A DNA stretch of 64,000 bases. Origin: Bilabrum cf. latius. Taxonomy: Eukaryota. Made by a program: the position numbers and the translations under genes. The stretch is from positions 310,001-374,000 of the forward strand of contig OZ237752.1 of assembly GCA_965178125.1 (NCBI GenBank). Reading direction: 5' to 3'. The notes under the pieces are model-generated. The model saw only the letters and a program-made list of their open reading frames with translations, had not been told where the DNA came from and did no database searches. Numbering within the stretch: the first letter of the stretch is position 1; each line of letters opens with the position of its first letter. This document shows, piece after piece, positions 63,672-64,000 of the stretch.

Positions 63672-64000
63672 CATGCCCAGCGAGTACAGGTCCGCCCGCT
63701 CGTCGTACACCTCCCCCCTCACGACCTCGGGGGCGATGTAGTTGTCCTTCCCCGCCCAGCCCCGGATGCCATCCGCACCCATAGGCAGCGAACCGCCATC
63801 GGGCGCACTCGTCACACCCCTGGGAGGTTGCAACCACCTGTCCACGGCCTGCCCCGGGTCGATGATGACCCCCTCGCCGTCGTCTGCCAGCACCGAGTTC
63901 TCGAGAGACACGTCACGGTGCAGCACGCCCCTCGTGTGGTGGTGGTGCAGCCCCTTCGCCAGGCCATAGAAAGCCTTGCGAGCGGCTGCCGGGTCCATCC
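63672..64000 (-). pseudogene. Middle part of kinase paralog B; continues beyond the window
   Basis: AARKAFYGLAKGLHH...HRDVSLEN...IIDPG...GKDNYIAPE...DLYSLGM is nearly identical to paralog A at ~42934-43255. Confidence 0.9.

Noticed and set aside
1-64000. Pyrrolysine, leaky read-through or a code-15 phage
   Set aside because: Spliceosomal introns, Ku80 and eukaryotic kinases indicate a nuclear genome. No pyl or phage genes are visible, and 27 serial leaky events could not yield full-length protein.
1-64000. Suppressor tRNA(CUA) or other RNA gene in the window
   Set aside because: I saw no cloverleaf or rRNA-like segment by eye; tRNAscan-SE or Infernal would be needed to exclude one.

Overview
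This is GC-rich eukaryotic (protist) nuclear DNA with GT-AG spliceosomal introns. Gene content resembles a heterotrophic stramenopile, but that is inference only. The main result is a non-standard genetic code: TAG is read as a sense codon, almost certainly Gln, while TGA and apparently TAA remain stops. About 60 in-frame TAGs interrupt otherwise intact genes, 27 of them in one 26.4-kb frame that has no TAA or TGA. Under UAG=Gln the fragmented ORF track collapses into nine genes. These are a giant (>8,800 aa, 5'-incomplete) IPT/TIG + Cys-rich + multipass membrane protein, a low-complexity hypothetical protein, an F-box-like membrane protein, a Gfo/Idh/MocA oxidoreductase, Ku80, two intact Ser/Thr kinases, a disrupted third kinase, and a 19-exon ankyrin gene. 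The ankyrin gene is built from 14 tandem cassettes, each with one repeat per exon and variable binding positions. The third kinase is split by a 6.65-kb element with the split direct repeats (A1...B1A2...B2) and lack of TSD typical of Ngaro/PAT-type tyrosine-recombinase retroelements. That element is filled with two tandem arrays and an RT remnant.
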